This document shows positions 26,109 through 37,499 of a stretch of 64,000 nt of DNA, piece after piece. The DNA is from Octopus sinensis. Taxonomy: Eukaryota. The stretch covers positions 8,494,001 to 8,558,000 of the forward strand of contig NC_043012.1 in the NCBI RefSeq assembly GCF_006345805.1, read 5' to 3'. A program made the translations under genes and the position numbers. Position 1 is the first letter of the stretch. Every line of letters begins with the position of its first letter. The notes beneath the pieces were generated by a model. That model made no database searches, was not told the origin of the DNA, and was given only the letters and a program-made list of their open reading frames with translations.

Positions 26109-26600
26109 CTTCTTTCAGCTTACAGGACTTTGGTCGACCAGGGACTATGGTAGTACACACTTGCCCGAGTTGCTACGCAGTGGAACTGAACCCAGACCAC
26201 ATACGATTTGGGAAGCAAACTTCTTAACCATACGGCTACGACAGCGTCCACTTTTCTTTCTGTATTGGTTTTTCTTTTTCTTTTTTTTTTTCTTGGTTTC
26301 TTTGAAGTCTTCCCTCTCATCAATTCCGTCTACAACATTCGTCACATTTCTATCCCGTATTTCTATCCCTGACTTATGAAGACAGCAGTTTGGCGGAGAT
26401 TCGACTGTTCTTTTTAGTAGTCCATCTACATGGTCCTTCGTTTACTCACCCCATTCATCATTCTTCTGTTCACAGAAGTTCAAATTCCACTGCACCGGTC
26501 TTAAATGTCTTGCAGTGGAGGAGAGGCACTCAAAGGTCACCAGAGTTGAGACCAGGATTCGATAAATCGACAAACCAAAGTCATTTCTTTTCTATAGAGT

Positions 26601-26638
<38 letters not shown>

Positions 26639-26993
26639 TGTTTGCGTGTGCGTGCGTGTATGTGTACCTGTGTGCGTGTGAGTGTGTGTGTGTGTGTGCG
26701 TGTGTGCCAGTTCTATATGCTTATGCATATAGCAATGAATACTCTGAACAATCCTAGTCTATTAATGAACTATAAACTATGAGAGAATGAGCTCAGAAAC
26801 ACGCCGCCACAACACACACACACACACACACAAAAGTGTATACACACACACACACACATACATATGTATTTAAAACATATATATTCAGATATGGAGATAT
26901 GTATACGTGTAAGTATGAATATGTATGTATGTATGTATGTATGTACGTATATATATGTACGTATGTATTTATGTATTTCTCTCTCTCTCTCTG

Positions 26994-27054
<61 letters not shown>

Positions 27055-27170
27055 ATGTATGTGTGTGTATTCACCTACAGATATGACTATTTATCTATAG
27101 ATGTGTGTGTTTGTATGTGTATAAACATATATACCCATATATACATATATGTGTGTGCACGTGTGTGTAC

Positions 27171-27203
<33 letters not shown>

Positions 27204-27713
27204 TGTATGTATATATATATATAGAGAGAGAGAGAAAGAAAGGGAGGGGGAAAGGGAAATAAATACATACACGTATGTACACACACTCACACACACATAC
27301 ACACACACACACTCACACACACACACACACACACGCACACACACACACGCATTCACGCGGACATTTGCATTTGCCCTAAATATAAAGAGAAAAAAGCGCA
27401 GGTGGTTTAAGACTGCTGGGGTATTTAGCTAACCGTGGTCAACGGTCTGTATTGCATTTACATGTTTAAACGATTATATTCTCAACAAATTATATGACTG
27501 TCATTTTTGGCACAGCTGTTCTGCTCTTTCAACTTTAGCAGAAAGCTAATCTGATGAATGTCGTTAAAATAATATCACCATTGTTTATTATGCAAATTTT
27601 AACGACCCAATATTATTATACCAAGTTAATTATGAATAGTTTTAATTACATTATAATATCTTCTTAGTATACGTGTCTATGGACGTATGTATTTATGTGT
27701 CTGTATGTTACAG

Positions 27714-27733
27714 TCCTTTTTTTTTTTATTCAG
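27714..27733 (+). other. Putative splice acceptor of the exon carrying the ZIP CDS (5' UTR intron)
   Basis: Long poly-T tract followed by ATTCAG, about 160 nt upstream of the ATG. Confidence 0.5.
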
Positions 27734-27895
27734 CTTACTAGTTTATATTCAGAATTAGACTTTGTACACGAAGTGTATTCAGTTGAAAACAGTTCAGATT
27801 TCACGTTAAAACAATGACACGATCCTTGAAACGATGAACAAGCAGTTAAAAGAGCAAGAATCATTTGTTGCAAGTTTATAACAGATTTTGTTATA

Positions 27896-29539
27896 ATGGA
27901 AGAAACATCTTCTTTGATGAAAGTGAACTCAACTAACTACACCAAGTACAAAGCCGCCGATGAAATTATATCGAAAAGCACTGCAATTCTTGGCCTTTTG
28001 GTTGGAACATTATCGTCCTGTGTCTTCTGTTATGTCTACGTTGGACGAAAACTCGATGAAAATCGGACAGATTCGACAAAAAAGAGGCGAATTACTTGGC
28101 AAAAGCTTTTCAGCTCTCTTAATATGTTTAGCGGCGGAATATTCTTTGGAATGTCTCTACTTTTCCTACTCCCAGAATCTTCCTCAGATCTGGATTCGTA
28201 CTTTAAATCAATGAATAAGAATTATACGTATCCTTTCTGTGAAATGCTCGTATCAGCAGGTTTTTTTCTCGTGTTGTTCCTAGAACGTAGCGTTACCATT
28301 CTGTATAAAGTTTGGGAAAAGAGGAGCAAATCCAGCGATGAACAATCAAACCTTCAAGACGGGATAAAATCGCCAATATCATCGTCGTCGACATTGTCAT
28401 CACCATCATCGCCATCGTCGTCACCACCACAACATCAACATCAACAACCATTATCCCACCAGCCACTATCATCACCATCACTACCAACAACATTAGCAAC
28501 AACATCAGAAGTAATTGAACTAACAACGATCGCTTCAAGAAACGATAAAAGTGAAAATAAGGCCACATCTGAGATCCATTCCAGTGAAAGTTCTTCAAGA
28601 AATATTTGCCTTCATATTGTTGATGAGGAAGTTCTACCGTCTGACAGTAAATACCGAAATACCGCCGACTTTGGTTGTTTAATTTCCAGCAGGAAAACTT
28701 ATAAATCAGAGAAAACCTTTAAGGAAAACCAGACCAACTTAGCAGAATCTAGCGACGAGCTGTGTATTCTTATACCAGATCAATGTGTCTGTTCGATCGA
28801 GAATCACTTGGTAGACTCCCAGAATGGCAGATTCGTTTGTCAAGATATCAGCAACAAGGAGAAACTATTTTGTCGTAGCCATTCTTCAATTGGGATTTAC
28901 GGTTCCACCGTCACAGATCAGACAAATATTCCGTTACATTTTGCCAATGATAACTCGTGTTATCATAATGATGAATATCATTCAGCACAAAATCACGAAG
29001 AAAGAACCGTGAAATATATTTCAAACGTCCAAACAGCAGAAGAAAATACTCCGGTCGAAGAGACAGAAGAGAACGACGACCTCCATCAATCAGGTGCTAT
29101 CATTTTACTCCTGGTCTTGATATTTCACTCATTTTTTGACGGAATTACTCTGGGATTACGGAAAGAAGTAATGGATATTTTTACCATAATGTTTGCCCTC
29201 ATTTTCCACAAATGTTTAATTGCTTTCAGTTTGACGTTGAAACTGCGAGAAACATTTACTGATCGTCTGTGGAGAGTAAAACTTTGGTTGGTTATCTTCT
29301 CGTTCATTTCTCCAATCGGAGCAACTATTGGATGGCTACTTTCTTACAATGAAATGGATCCGATGGTTTTCCACAAAGGACTTTCTGGAACTCTCACAAG
29401 CATTTCAACAGGTACACTTTTTTACGTGACATTTTTTGAAATTCTTGGTCCGGATCTAATTAACCATAAAGGTAACTTTCTTCAAGTATTATCAGTAATG
29501 ATAGGTTTTGGTGTCATGGCCTCTCTCAAGATTTTATAA
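27896..29539 (+). CDS. ZIP (SLC39) zinc/divalent metal transporter, subfamily II (ZIP1/2/3-like), 547 aa, single coding exon
   Basis: Uninterrupted ORF with ataATGG start context. ZIP1-3 type motifs: TM2 LNMFSGGIFFGMSLLFLLPE, TM3 YPFCEMLVSAGFFLVLFLE, TM4 IFHSFFDGITLG, TM5 IFHKCLIAFSL, TM6 FSFISPIG, TM7 STGTLFYVTFFEILGPDL. Invertebrate members are co-orthologous to SLC39A1/2/3, so no single symbol is given. Confidence 0.95.
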   Translation: MEETSSLMKVNSTNYTKYKAADEIISKSTAILGLLVGTLSSCVFCYVYVGRKLDENRTDSTKKRRITWQKLFSSLNMFSGGIFFGMSLLFLLPESSSDLDSYFKSMNKNYTYPFCEMLVSAGFFLVLFLERSVTILYKVWEKRSKSSDEQSNLQDGIKSPISSSSTLSSPSSPSSSPPQHQHQQPLSHQPLSSPSLPTTLATTSEVIELTTIASRNDKSENKATSEIHSSESSSRNICLHIVDEEVLPSDSKYRNTADFGCLISSRKTYKSEKTFKENQTNLAESSDELCILIPDQCVCSIENHLVDSQNGRFVCQDISNKEKLFCRSHSSIGIYGSTVTDQTNIPLHFANDNSCYHNDEYHSAQNHEERTVKYISNVQTAEENTPVEETEENDDLHQSGAIILLLVLIFHSFFDGITLGLRKEVMDIFTIMFALIFHKCLIAFSLTLKLRETFTDRLWRVKLWLVIFSFISPIGATIGWLLSYNEMDPMVFHKGLSGTLTSISTGTLFYVTFFEILGPDLINHKGNFLQVLSVMIGFGVMASLKIL

Positions 29540-30501
29540 AGCTAGGCCGCTGATTCTCAGACAAATGGGTCTTGTTTTATTTATTTATATATTTTTTTAA
29601 CCTTCAGACTCATATTATTGAAATAGAACTCTGGTCTACAACACATAACATTCTCATTTTCATTTGTGAAAATCTTCACCGCTTCAATTTGACAATATTT
29701 GGTTGCATTCGATAGTCGAGGGTTGTGTATTGCAAAATGTTTAAACCGAAACGATAATTACATCAATGTAATTCCGTTTTAAAACATCGAACAAACAACC
29801 TCGTTTTGGAGGACCAATATTTTCATAATGGAAACAGAAATGTATTCGTTTTTATGACTGCAAACAAACACACGAACCATATTAACAACCCTCATCTAAA
29901 AAATGCCTCGATTCATTTAATTTTACATTAACAGAACACTTGTCCTCTTCACGGGAAACTTGGCTTCGTGTCCTACGGGCGGCAGCCAACGATTTTTTTC
30001 TACCCCAAGGTTGTTTTTTTAATTTTTTACCAAAAGCTGTACGCTACTATTTATAACTTTATTTGCTTCGAGATTCATAGTTCCAAAAATTCCATATTCT
30101 TTTACAAAACAGATATTTTATTTGATTAACTCATTAAAGCTACACTTTACCTGATGAACCGAAATTTCTTTTTATATTTTATCTTTCACTTATCTTTCTA
30201 ATGAAGCTTATTTGGGGGCGGAGGGGGGGACACGTGCGTGCGTGCTGTGTGTGTGAGAGAGAGTCTGTCGTTGTTGTTTCTGTTATTTGATTCTTATTTA
30301 ATATGTATAAATTAACCAAAAGACAAAGTCTTAAGTTTGTACTGGAATAGAAAGAGGATTTCCCAGCGTGAAATTGCAAAATACATAAAATTAGTTGGAC
30401 TCAGCCATGAATCCAGACCGTGGATCGAACTCGTCACGCCAAGACAACAATTATTTAACATGAACTTCATTTAATATCGATCAGTGTTTTATTCCTTTAT
30501 T

Positions 30502-30728
30502 CTTTTACTTGTTTCAGTCATTTGACTGCGGCCATACTGGAGCAACGCTTTAAAGGATTTTTAGTCGAAGAAATCGACCCCCACCCAGTACTTGTTCTTT
30601 GTAAGCCTAGTGCTTATTCTATCATTCACTTTTACCGAACCGCTAGTTTACGGGGACGTAAACACACCAACGTCGATTGTCAAGCGATGGCAGGAAGGAC
30701 AAACACATAAACCACACACACAGACACA

Positions 30729-30778
<50 letters not shown>

Positions 30779-30940
30779 CGGGCTTCTTTCCGTTTCCATC
30801 TACTAAATCCACTTAACAAGGCTTTGGCCGGCCTGAAGCTATAATAGAAGATATTTGCCCCAGGTGTCACGCAGTGAGATTGAACCCAGAAAAATGTAGT
30901 TGAAAAGCAAGCACCTTACTACCCAACCACGCCTGCGCCT
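30502..30940 (-). mobile_element. SINE family A, diverged
   Basis: Similar to the family over its full length. Confidence 0.85.
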
Positions 30941-31168
30941 ATGTTTTTCTTTGTTTTTTTTTGTCTGTTTTTTTTTTTGTTTTTTTGTAAACTACAACGG
31001 TCCCTTCTTCCTTCATTTTCTTCCATGAAATCAACTTCAGAATATTACTCGAAAATGTATTAATTTGAGTCTTTATAGTAAACGTAATTTTGATACAAGA
31101 TTTGGCATATCCACCGATCGTTTACATCCTAAAATAAACACCTCTCCTTCCTTCTCTCGGTCTCTAAC

Positions 31169-31203
<35 letters not shown>

Positions 31204-31258
31204 AACACACACACACATGTATCATTAGAACCCATTATTGTGGAAAATGAGCCTAGAT

Positions 31259-31684
31259 GGGATCTTTTCGGTTTGAACGGCAGTTTTTTCTAGCGGTGTC
31301 ATATGAAATTGTCACCCATAATTATGACCATAGTATCGATCTATTGCATTTCAATCTGTTTTAGGGTTAGGGTTAGTTAGGGTTAGGGGTGGGGGAAGGG
31401 TATCTTTTTTTCTTCACAAATGTAAATAAACCCAATCTGTTTCTTAAACGAGGGACGTATTCATACAGCACAGAATGCTTTTTAACTCAATGGACGTCAG
31501 TGATTGGTTGAAATTGCAGAAATTGAAGAAAAAAAACAAATATCTTACAAACTACAGAATTTTCTCAATAAAGCCAAGAGAAAAAGATGTTTTATAAACA
31601 CATTCTACCAGTATACGAAGTTTAAAAGTGTTTAGTTACGTGGAAATTATTTTAAAAAACTGCCGTTCAAACCGAAAAGATCCC
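31259..31684. mobile_element. MITE family J with internal (TTAGGG)n
   Basis: About 30-bp TIRs GGGATCTTTTCGGTTTGAACGGCAGTTTTT and a 6-7 bp TSD (C)CTAGAT. Confidence 0.9.
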
Positions 31685-32017
31685 CTAGATGTGTAAGGCG
31701 TCTAGTCCGGCGCTGTTTTGCCTCTTCTCAATACCAACAAATATCCTTTGTGCAAATACAATAAGTATATTCCTCGACCTTTAACGATCATTTATTTCAT
31801 TGCACTTTTGTTTTTATTCTAATGTCAATTAGTAGACAATAGCGTCGGTCAATGTTTAAGAGTCTACAACACACAATCACTGGTTCGCCAGTTCATGTCA
31901 TGGTCTCTCTGTAACACATGGAACTTTGTTCGATGAACACCAGTTTCTCGACGCAGTTTTTTTTACAGTCTTGGCCAATACAATCCTTTGCGAAAAGGAC
32001 ACACACACACACACACA

Positions 32018-32054
<37 letters not shown>

Positions 32055-32601
32055 TGTGGTGTTTCGGGATGGTTATTTATTTATCTTTTTTTGCCAAACA
32101 AACATACGCACGATATATTCGTTCTTCACTCGTTTATTAGTGCTCTTATTCTAACTCATGTCCCTTGTCCGGACATATTTCGTCACACATCTGTGACCTC
32201 TTCAGTGACACTTTCTGTCCTCGCGTATGCTCTTTGCTCTGCTAAGTCCATTCTGTTCTATCAAATGTGGACATGAATTAGAATAAGAACAGTAATAAAT
32301 GAATGAAAAACATATATATAGTGCGTGTGTTTATTTGGCAAAAAAAAAAAATGACCGTCCCGAAATACAACAATATCTGTTTCAACACACGGTCCCACAT
32401 TAGAAATCTTGTAACACAAATTCATAAACGTATTATATATATATATATATATATATTTCGAACAAAAATAACCCCTCCCCACTTCCCGCAGGATTTCAAC
32501 TACCCCATTAAGAAAAAATAACGGAGAAATAAACATATCACAACATGTTTATATGAAAATATATCTAAGTTTGTGTATTATTGTTATAATTGTATTATAT
32601 A

Positions 32602-32969
32602 ACTAGCACTATGACCCGGCAAGGCCGGGTCATACTGCTAGTGCATGCATATACAGCTGCGTGCCCGCGCACATACACGCGAGTACTGTCCAAATCTCCA
32701 ACCAATGACATACAGCTAGCTGGCATTCAATTGGCGTATCAAGTTTCGGGCATTTTGATTGGGTTTTGAATAGAAAATTCACAAAAAAGTCACTTCTATT
32801 GATTTTTTTAATGGCTTTGCGGGTGACTGGGGAAATGTAAAGATATGCACGACCACCCTTGGACGGTTTTGAATGACCATAGAAAGTGCGAGCCCTCTAA
32901 CTGAAAAATTGTGGATTTGTATAAAGGACACGCACACAGACAGACATTTTGCCGTTTATATATATAGAG
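32602..32969 (+). mobile_element. Helitron/Helentron-like non-autonomous element, family K
   Basis: 5' ACTAGC plus a perfect 11-bp hairpin TATGACCCGGC-AAG-GCCGGGTCATA; ends in TTTATATATATAG; no TSD. Near-identical copy at 61132-61500. Confidence 0.75.
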
Positions 32970-33364
32970 ACTAGCAGTATCGCCCGGCGTTGCTCGGGTT
33001 TGTAAGGGAAATAATTATATAAGCATTTTTAGAGATGTAAAGTAAAATAGCCATCTCAATATGGCTAACCACAAAGGGGGAGGGGTGTTACTGTAGCTTT
33101 TTACGTTCTGAGATTTAATAATTAATTTTAGAGAGTTACTTCCCTATATATGTCAAAAATGGATTAAAAATGGGAAAAATCGATGGTAAATTTTTTTTTT
33201 AATCGTAGACTCATAGTAGACGCGCGCTAATACCCAGACGGTCTCGATATGAATCACGACTATAGATACCCGGTTTTGGTTAAACTGCACCGCAAAATGT
33301 GGGAGTAGTTAGGAATCTAAATCGTAGGAGACAGACACACAACCTCACTTTTATATATAAAGAT
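32970..33364 (+). mobile_element. Helitron-like element, family L, abutting family K
   Basis: 5' ACTAGCAG..CGCCCGGCGTTGCTCGGG and 3' CTTTTATATATAAAGAT. The reverse-complement end recurs at 63937-64000. Confidence 0.7.
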
Positions 33365-34191
33365 TTCCTCTATTTACATAATATTGAGGTCTCTTCTTTC
33401 TTTTGTTATCTTACTGTTTTTACCAATATACATATATATATATATATATTATATATATATATATATTATATATATATATATAATATAATATATATAATAT
33501 ATATATAGTTACAGAGATGTACTTGCATAGCAAGTGACTTGATCTGAGATCGTGTGCTGGAACGAAAACAGTTGCAGCGTTGAAGGTGTTTATAAGCCAT
33601 TTAAGAAACACACAAAAACCGTTAGATTCACTTCAACATTTAAATTTAATTGTCAAAATATTTTCGTCGCTTTGAGACCGCGACCTGTTAGCCGATATTT
33701 TTGTCAGTGAACAGGTCGCGGTCTCAAAGCGAGAAAATATTTGGCAAATTAAATTTAAATGTTGAAGTGAATCTAACGGTTTTTGTGTGTTTCTTAAATG
33801 GCTTACAAACACCTTCCACGCTGCAATATATATATACACACACATATATATATGTATGTATGTATGTATGTGTGTATATGTGTATGCATGTATGCGTGTG
33901 TGTGTGCGTGTCTGTGCTTGTGATTGTCCTCCACCACTGCTTGACAACGAATGTTGGTTTGTTTACATCCCTGTCACCTAGTGGTTTGACAAAGGAAACA
34001 GATAGAATAAGTACAATGCTTACAAAAATAAAACTGGAGTTGATTCATTAAACTACAATTCTTCAAGGCATTGCCCCAGCATGGCCACAGACCAATGGCT
34101 GGAAAAAGCAGAAGAATAAAAGAATACATTCTCTGCTTTGGTCTTATGTTCAAGGCATGAGAAAGCTTGAGTTTACATGAGAAGGCCTAAC

Positions 34192-34465
34192 AGACCTGGT
34201 AGAAAAACAGCAGCCAAATCTCCTCAAATCACACCTTACTGTCTTATGTATGTATATATATATGAGCCAATGAGGGGGACCTCTACATGGTAGCTAGACC
34301 TGGTAGAAATAGCAGCCAAATTTCCCCCAAATCCACACTTACTGTCTTATCTATGTATATATGTATGTATGAGCCTATGAGGGAGACCCCTACATGGCAG
34401 CTAGACATGGTAGAAATAGCAGCCAAATCTCCCTCAAATCACACCTTACTGTCTTATGTATATAT
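34192..34465 (+). repeat. Three tandem copies of an approximately 105-bp unit
   Basis: AGAC(C/A)TGGTAGAAA..GCAGCCAAAT..CAAATC..CTTACTGTCTTAT three times. Confidence 0.85.
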
Positions 34466-35420
34466 ATATAATATCTATATACAAGCCACTACGGTTATTT
34501 AATGTAAAGTCTTCCTCAAATCACTCGCTATTTACTCTCTTCAAGAACATTTTCACTCACTCTTATCTCTTAGCTTCCCATACATTTTACTCATGTATCT
34601 ATCAGCGTCATAGACAGAAACAAATATTACATCGCCATCGCCATCGCCATCGCCATCGCATTCTATTTTCTACCTGTCAACACACAGTGAATTAGTTTCA
34701 CTTTATTCGTTGCACACTGTGTGTGTGCGTTTGCGTGTGCTGTAAACCAGACTAAGAAAAGCATTTGACATACACACCAGAATGTGAGTTTTCTGTAAAT
34801 TTTGCTTAATTGGAGTTTAAATTTTAAAAACTGGACCTGGCATGACCCGATGCATTCTACTCTTAAAAATGCTAGGTAAATTGTAATTGAAGAAATCCTA
34901 TATTGTAGATTTCTATAAGTGACAAAGGGAGGCAGATAAAATCTGCCTTTTATAATAAGAGATAATTATAATGATACGAACTATTGCAGTAATCCTCCAT
35001 TCTAAACACATCTAATACGTATGTACCTATGAGTATGTTTGTACGGAAATATATATGTATATATATGTATGTGTATGTGTGTATATATATGTATATTCCT
35101 CATGTATATACAGTTTCATTCTTACATAACTAAAATAATCTGAAGATATATGGATTTTATAAATTACGATATTACTGCTCTTATAATAACTTTCTCATAC
35201 CTCTGTTTATATTTTATCTAATATGAATAATATAATGCATCTAATAAAAATAATAATAATAATAATTGATTCATTTGTATGCATATACATGCACATATGC
35301 ATGTACATTTAAGTGTAGGTATATGCATTTATGTATATTTATGTATATGTATGTATATGTAAAAGTATGGTGTGTGTGTGTATTTTTATATCTATAACTT
35401 AACCTTATGCACTTTCTAAA

Positions 35421-35543
35421 ATCTCTGACGAAGCCTAGAGAAACACCAAGTACCTCAGTTTCACCTACTAATTGCTTCAGTCCACTTGAGGGATAAAACT
35501 TGAATGATGTATTATTTCCTATGGGCTGAAACAGCTGTAAGAT
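35421..35543 (+). ncRNA. Type I hammerhead motif with canonical core and long stem II insert
   Basis: AUCU-CUGACGA-AGCC...GGCU-GAAAC-AGCU-GUA-AGAU; palindromic ACAGCUGU stem III. Confidence 0.65.
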
Positions 35544-36149
35544 ATTATCCCAATTTCTATTGCTACATGTTATATATTTTAATAATTACTGATATTTTTA
35601 TATTTTATATATTATATATGTAAAGCATGATATGTTATACTGCTATGTATATTGTTATAATTGTCCTTTCAGTAAATAAATAAAAGTTGACATAAATAAT
35701 GTTCTAAAAGTTTATGAATACCACCTATTGATCCCCTCTATTTTCTAATTTCTCTCTCTCTCTCTCTCCTCTCTCTTCTCTCTATATATATATATATCTA
35801 TATAATATATATATTATATATATATATATATAATTAAAATAAGCAACAAGAATATCTTCGGTAATTTGGTACGATCGTTTCACGCTACAATCATTTTATT
35901 AAACATTGTAAGTATATGTATTGATGGGAAACCTCTATAGGCTGGTGAGTGCTCAACATTTTAAAACTGTTGTAATACTTACAATGTTTAATAAAATGAT
36001 GTAGCGTGATTATAATCACCCCATGGATTTATATGGATAACACCGTACAAAATTCTGGTGCATCTTACTTAAGTACCGTATTCATTTGAATCTAAATTTT
36101 GCTGAACGTATATATATATATATATATATATTCCTTTCTTTTCTTTTAT

Positions 36150-36949
36150 TCTTTTATTTGTTTCAGTCATCTGACTGCGGCCATGCTGGAGCACCGCCTT
36201 TTGTCGAGCAAATCGACGCCAGGACTTATTCTTTGTAAGCCTAGTACTTATTCTATCGGTATCATTTGCCGAACTGCTAAGTTAGAGGGACGTAAACACA
36301 CCAGCATCGGTTGTCAAGCGATGTTGGGGGGACAAACACAGATACACAAGCATATACATACAATATATATATATATATATATAAACATGACGGGCTTCTT
36401 TCAGTTTCCGTCTACCAAATCCACTCACAAGGTTTTGGTCAGCCCGAGGCTATAGTAGAAGACACTTGCCCAATGTGCCACGCAGTGGGACTGAACCCGG
36501 AACCATGTGGTTGGTAAGCAAGCTATATATATTTATTTATTTATTTTATTTGTTTCAGTAATTTGACTACGGCCATGCTAGAGCACTGCCTTAAAGGGTT
36601 TTAGTGGAAGAAATCGAGCCAGGACTCATTCTTTGTAAGACTAGTACTTATTCTATCGGTTTCTTTTGTCGAACCGCTAACTTACGGGGACCTAAACACA
36701 CCAGCATCAGTTGTCAAGTGATTGTGGTAGGGGGTACAGACACAAATATACAAAAAATTTATATATATATATATATATATATATACGACAGGCTTCTTTC
36801 AGTTTCCATCTACCAAATCCACTTACAAGGCTTTATTCGGCCGGAGGCTATAGTAGAAGATACTTGCCCAAGGTTCTACGCAGTGGAATTGAACTCGGAA
36901 CTATGTGGGTGGGAAGCAAACTTCTTTCCACACAGCCACGCCTGCGCCT
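36150..36949 (-). mobile_element. Two tandem SINE family A copies (36150-36525 and 36545-36949)
   Basis: Two successive tail-microsatellite-head units. Confidence 0.85.
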
Positions 36950-37189
36950 ATATATGTGTGTGTGTGTATGTGGATTGTTGGCGATTTTTTTCCTCCGTCT
37001 TCTTTTCTCTTGGACTTTCCTCTTCCTCCTGTTTCTAAAGAAGAGCTTTGCTCGAACATAAAACAATTTCTTTTTCGATGAGCGTCTTATTTGCCTATAC
37101 CAGTCCTCGTTGTTGTTTTTTTTTCTTGTAATTTTCTTTTTTTCTGTACACTTCTGTACATATATATATATATATATATTATATATAGA

Positions 37190-37250
<61 letters not shown>

Positions 37251-37499
37251 ATTTCTTTACTACCACAAGGGGCCAAAACACACACACATATTATATATAT
37301 ATATACACACACATACATACATATACACATACATACATACTCACGCACACACCCATACATACATACATCGTTAGACCTATTCGGAAACCAGGACCTTGGT
37401 CTATGAGAAAAAAGAGAAAAAAATGGGAAGAGAAACGCGAAGACAATTGAAGCAAAAAATGGGACGAGAAAAAAGAAATGAAAAGTAAGAAAACCAAGA

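Noticed and set aside
30151-30164. CTGATGA-ACC-GAAA
   Set aside because: There is no room for stem II and no stem I complement, so it is probably chance.
31361-31400. Telomeric repeats as evidence of a chromosome end or fusion
   Set aside because: There are only a few units, and they are internal to a TIR-bounded MITE present in multiple copies.
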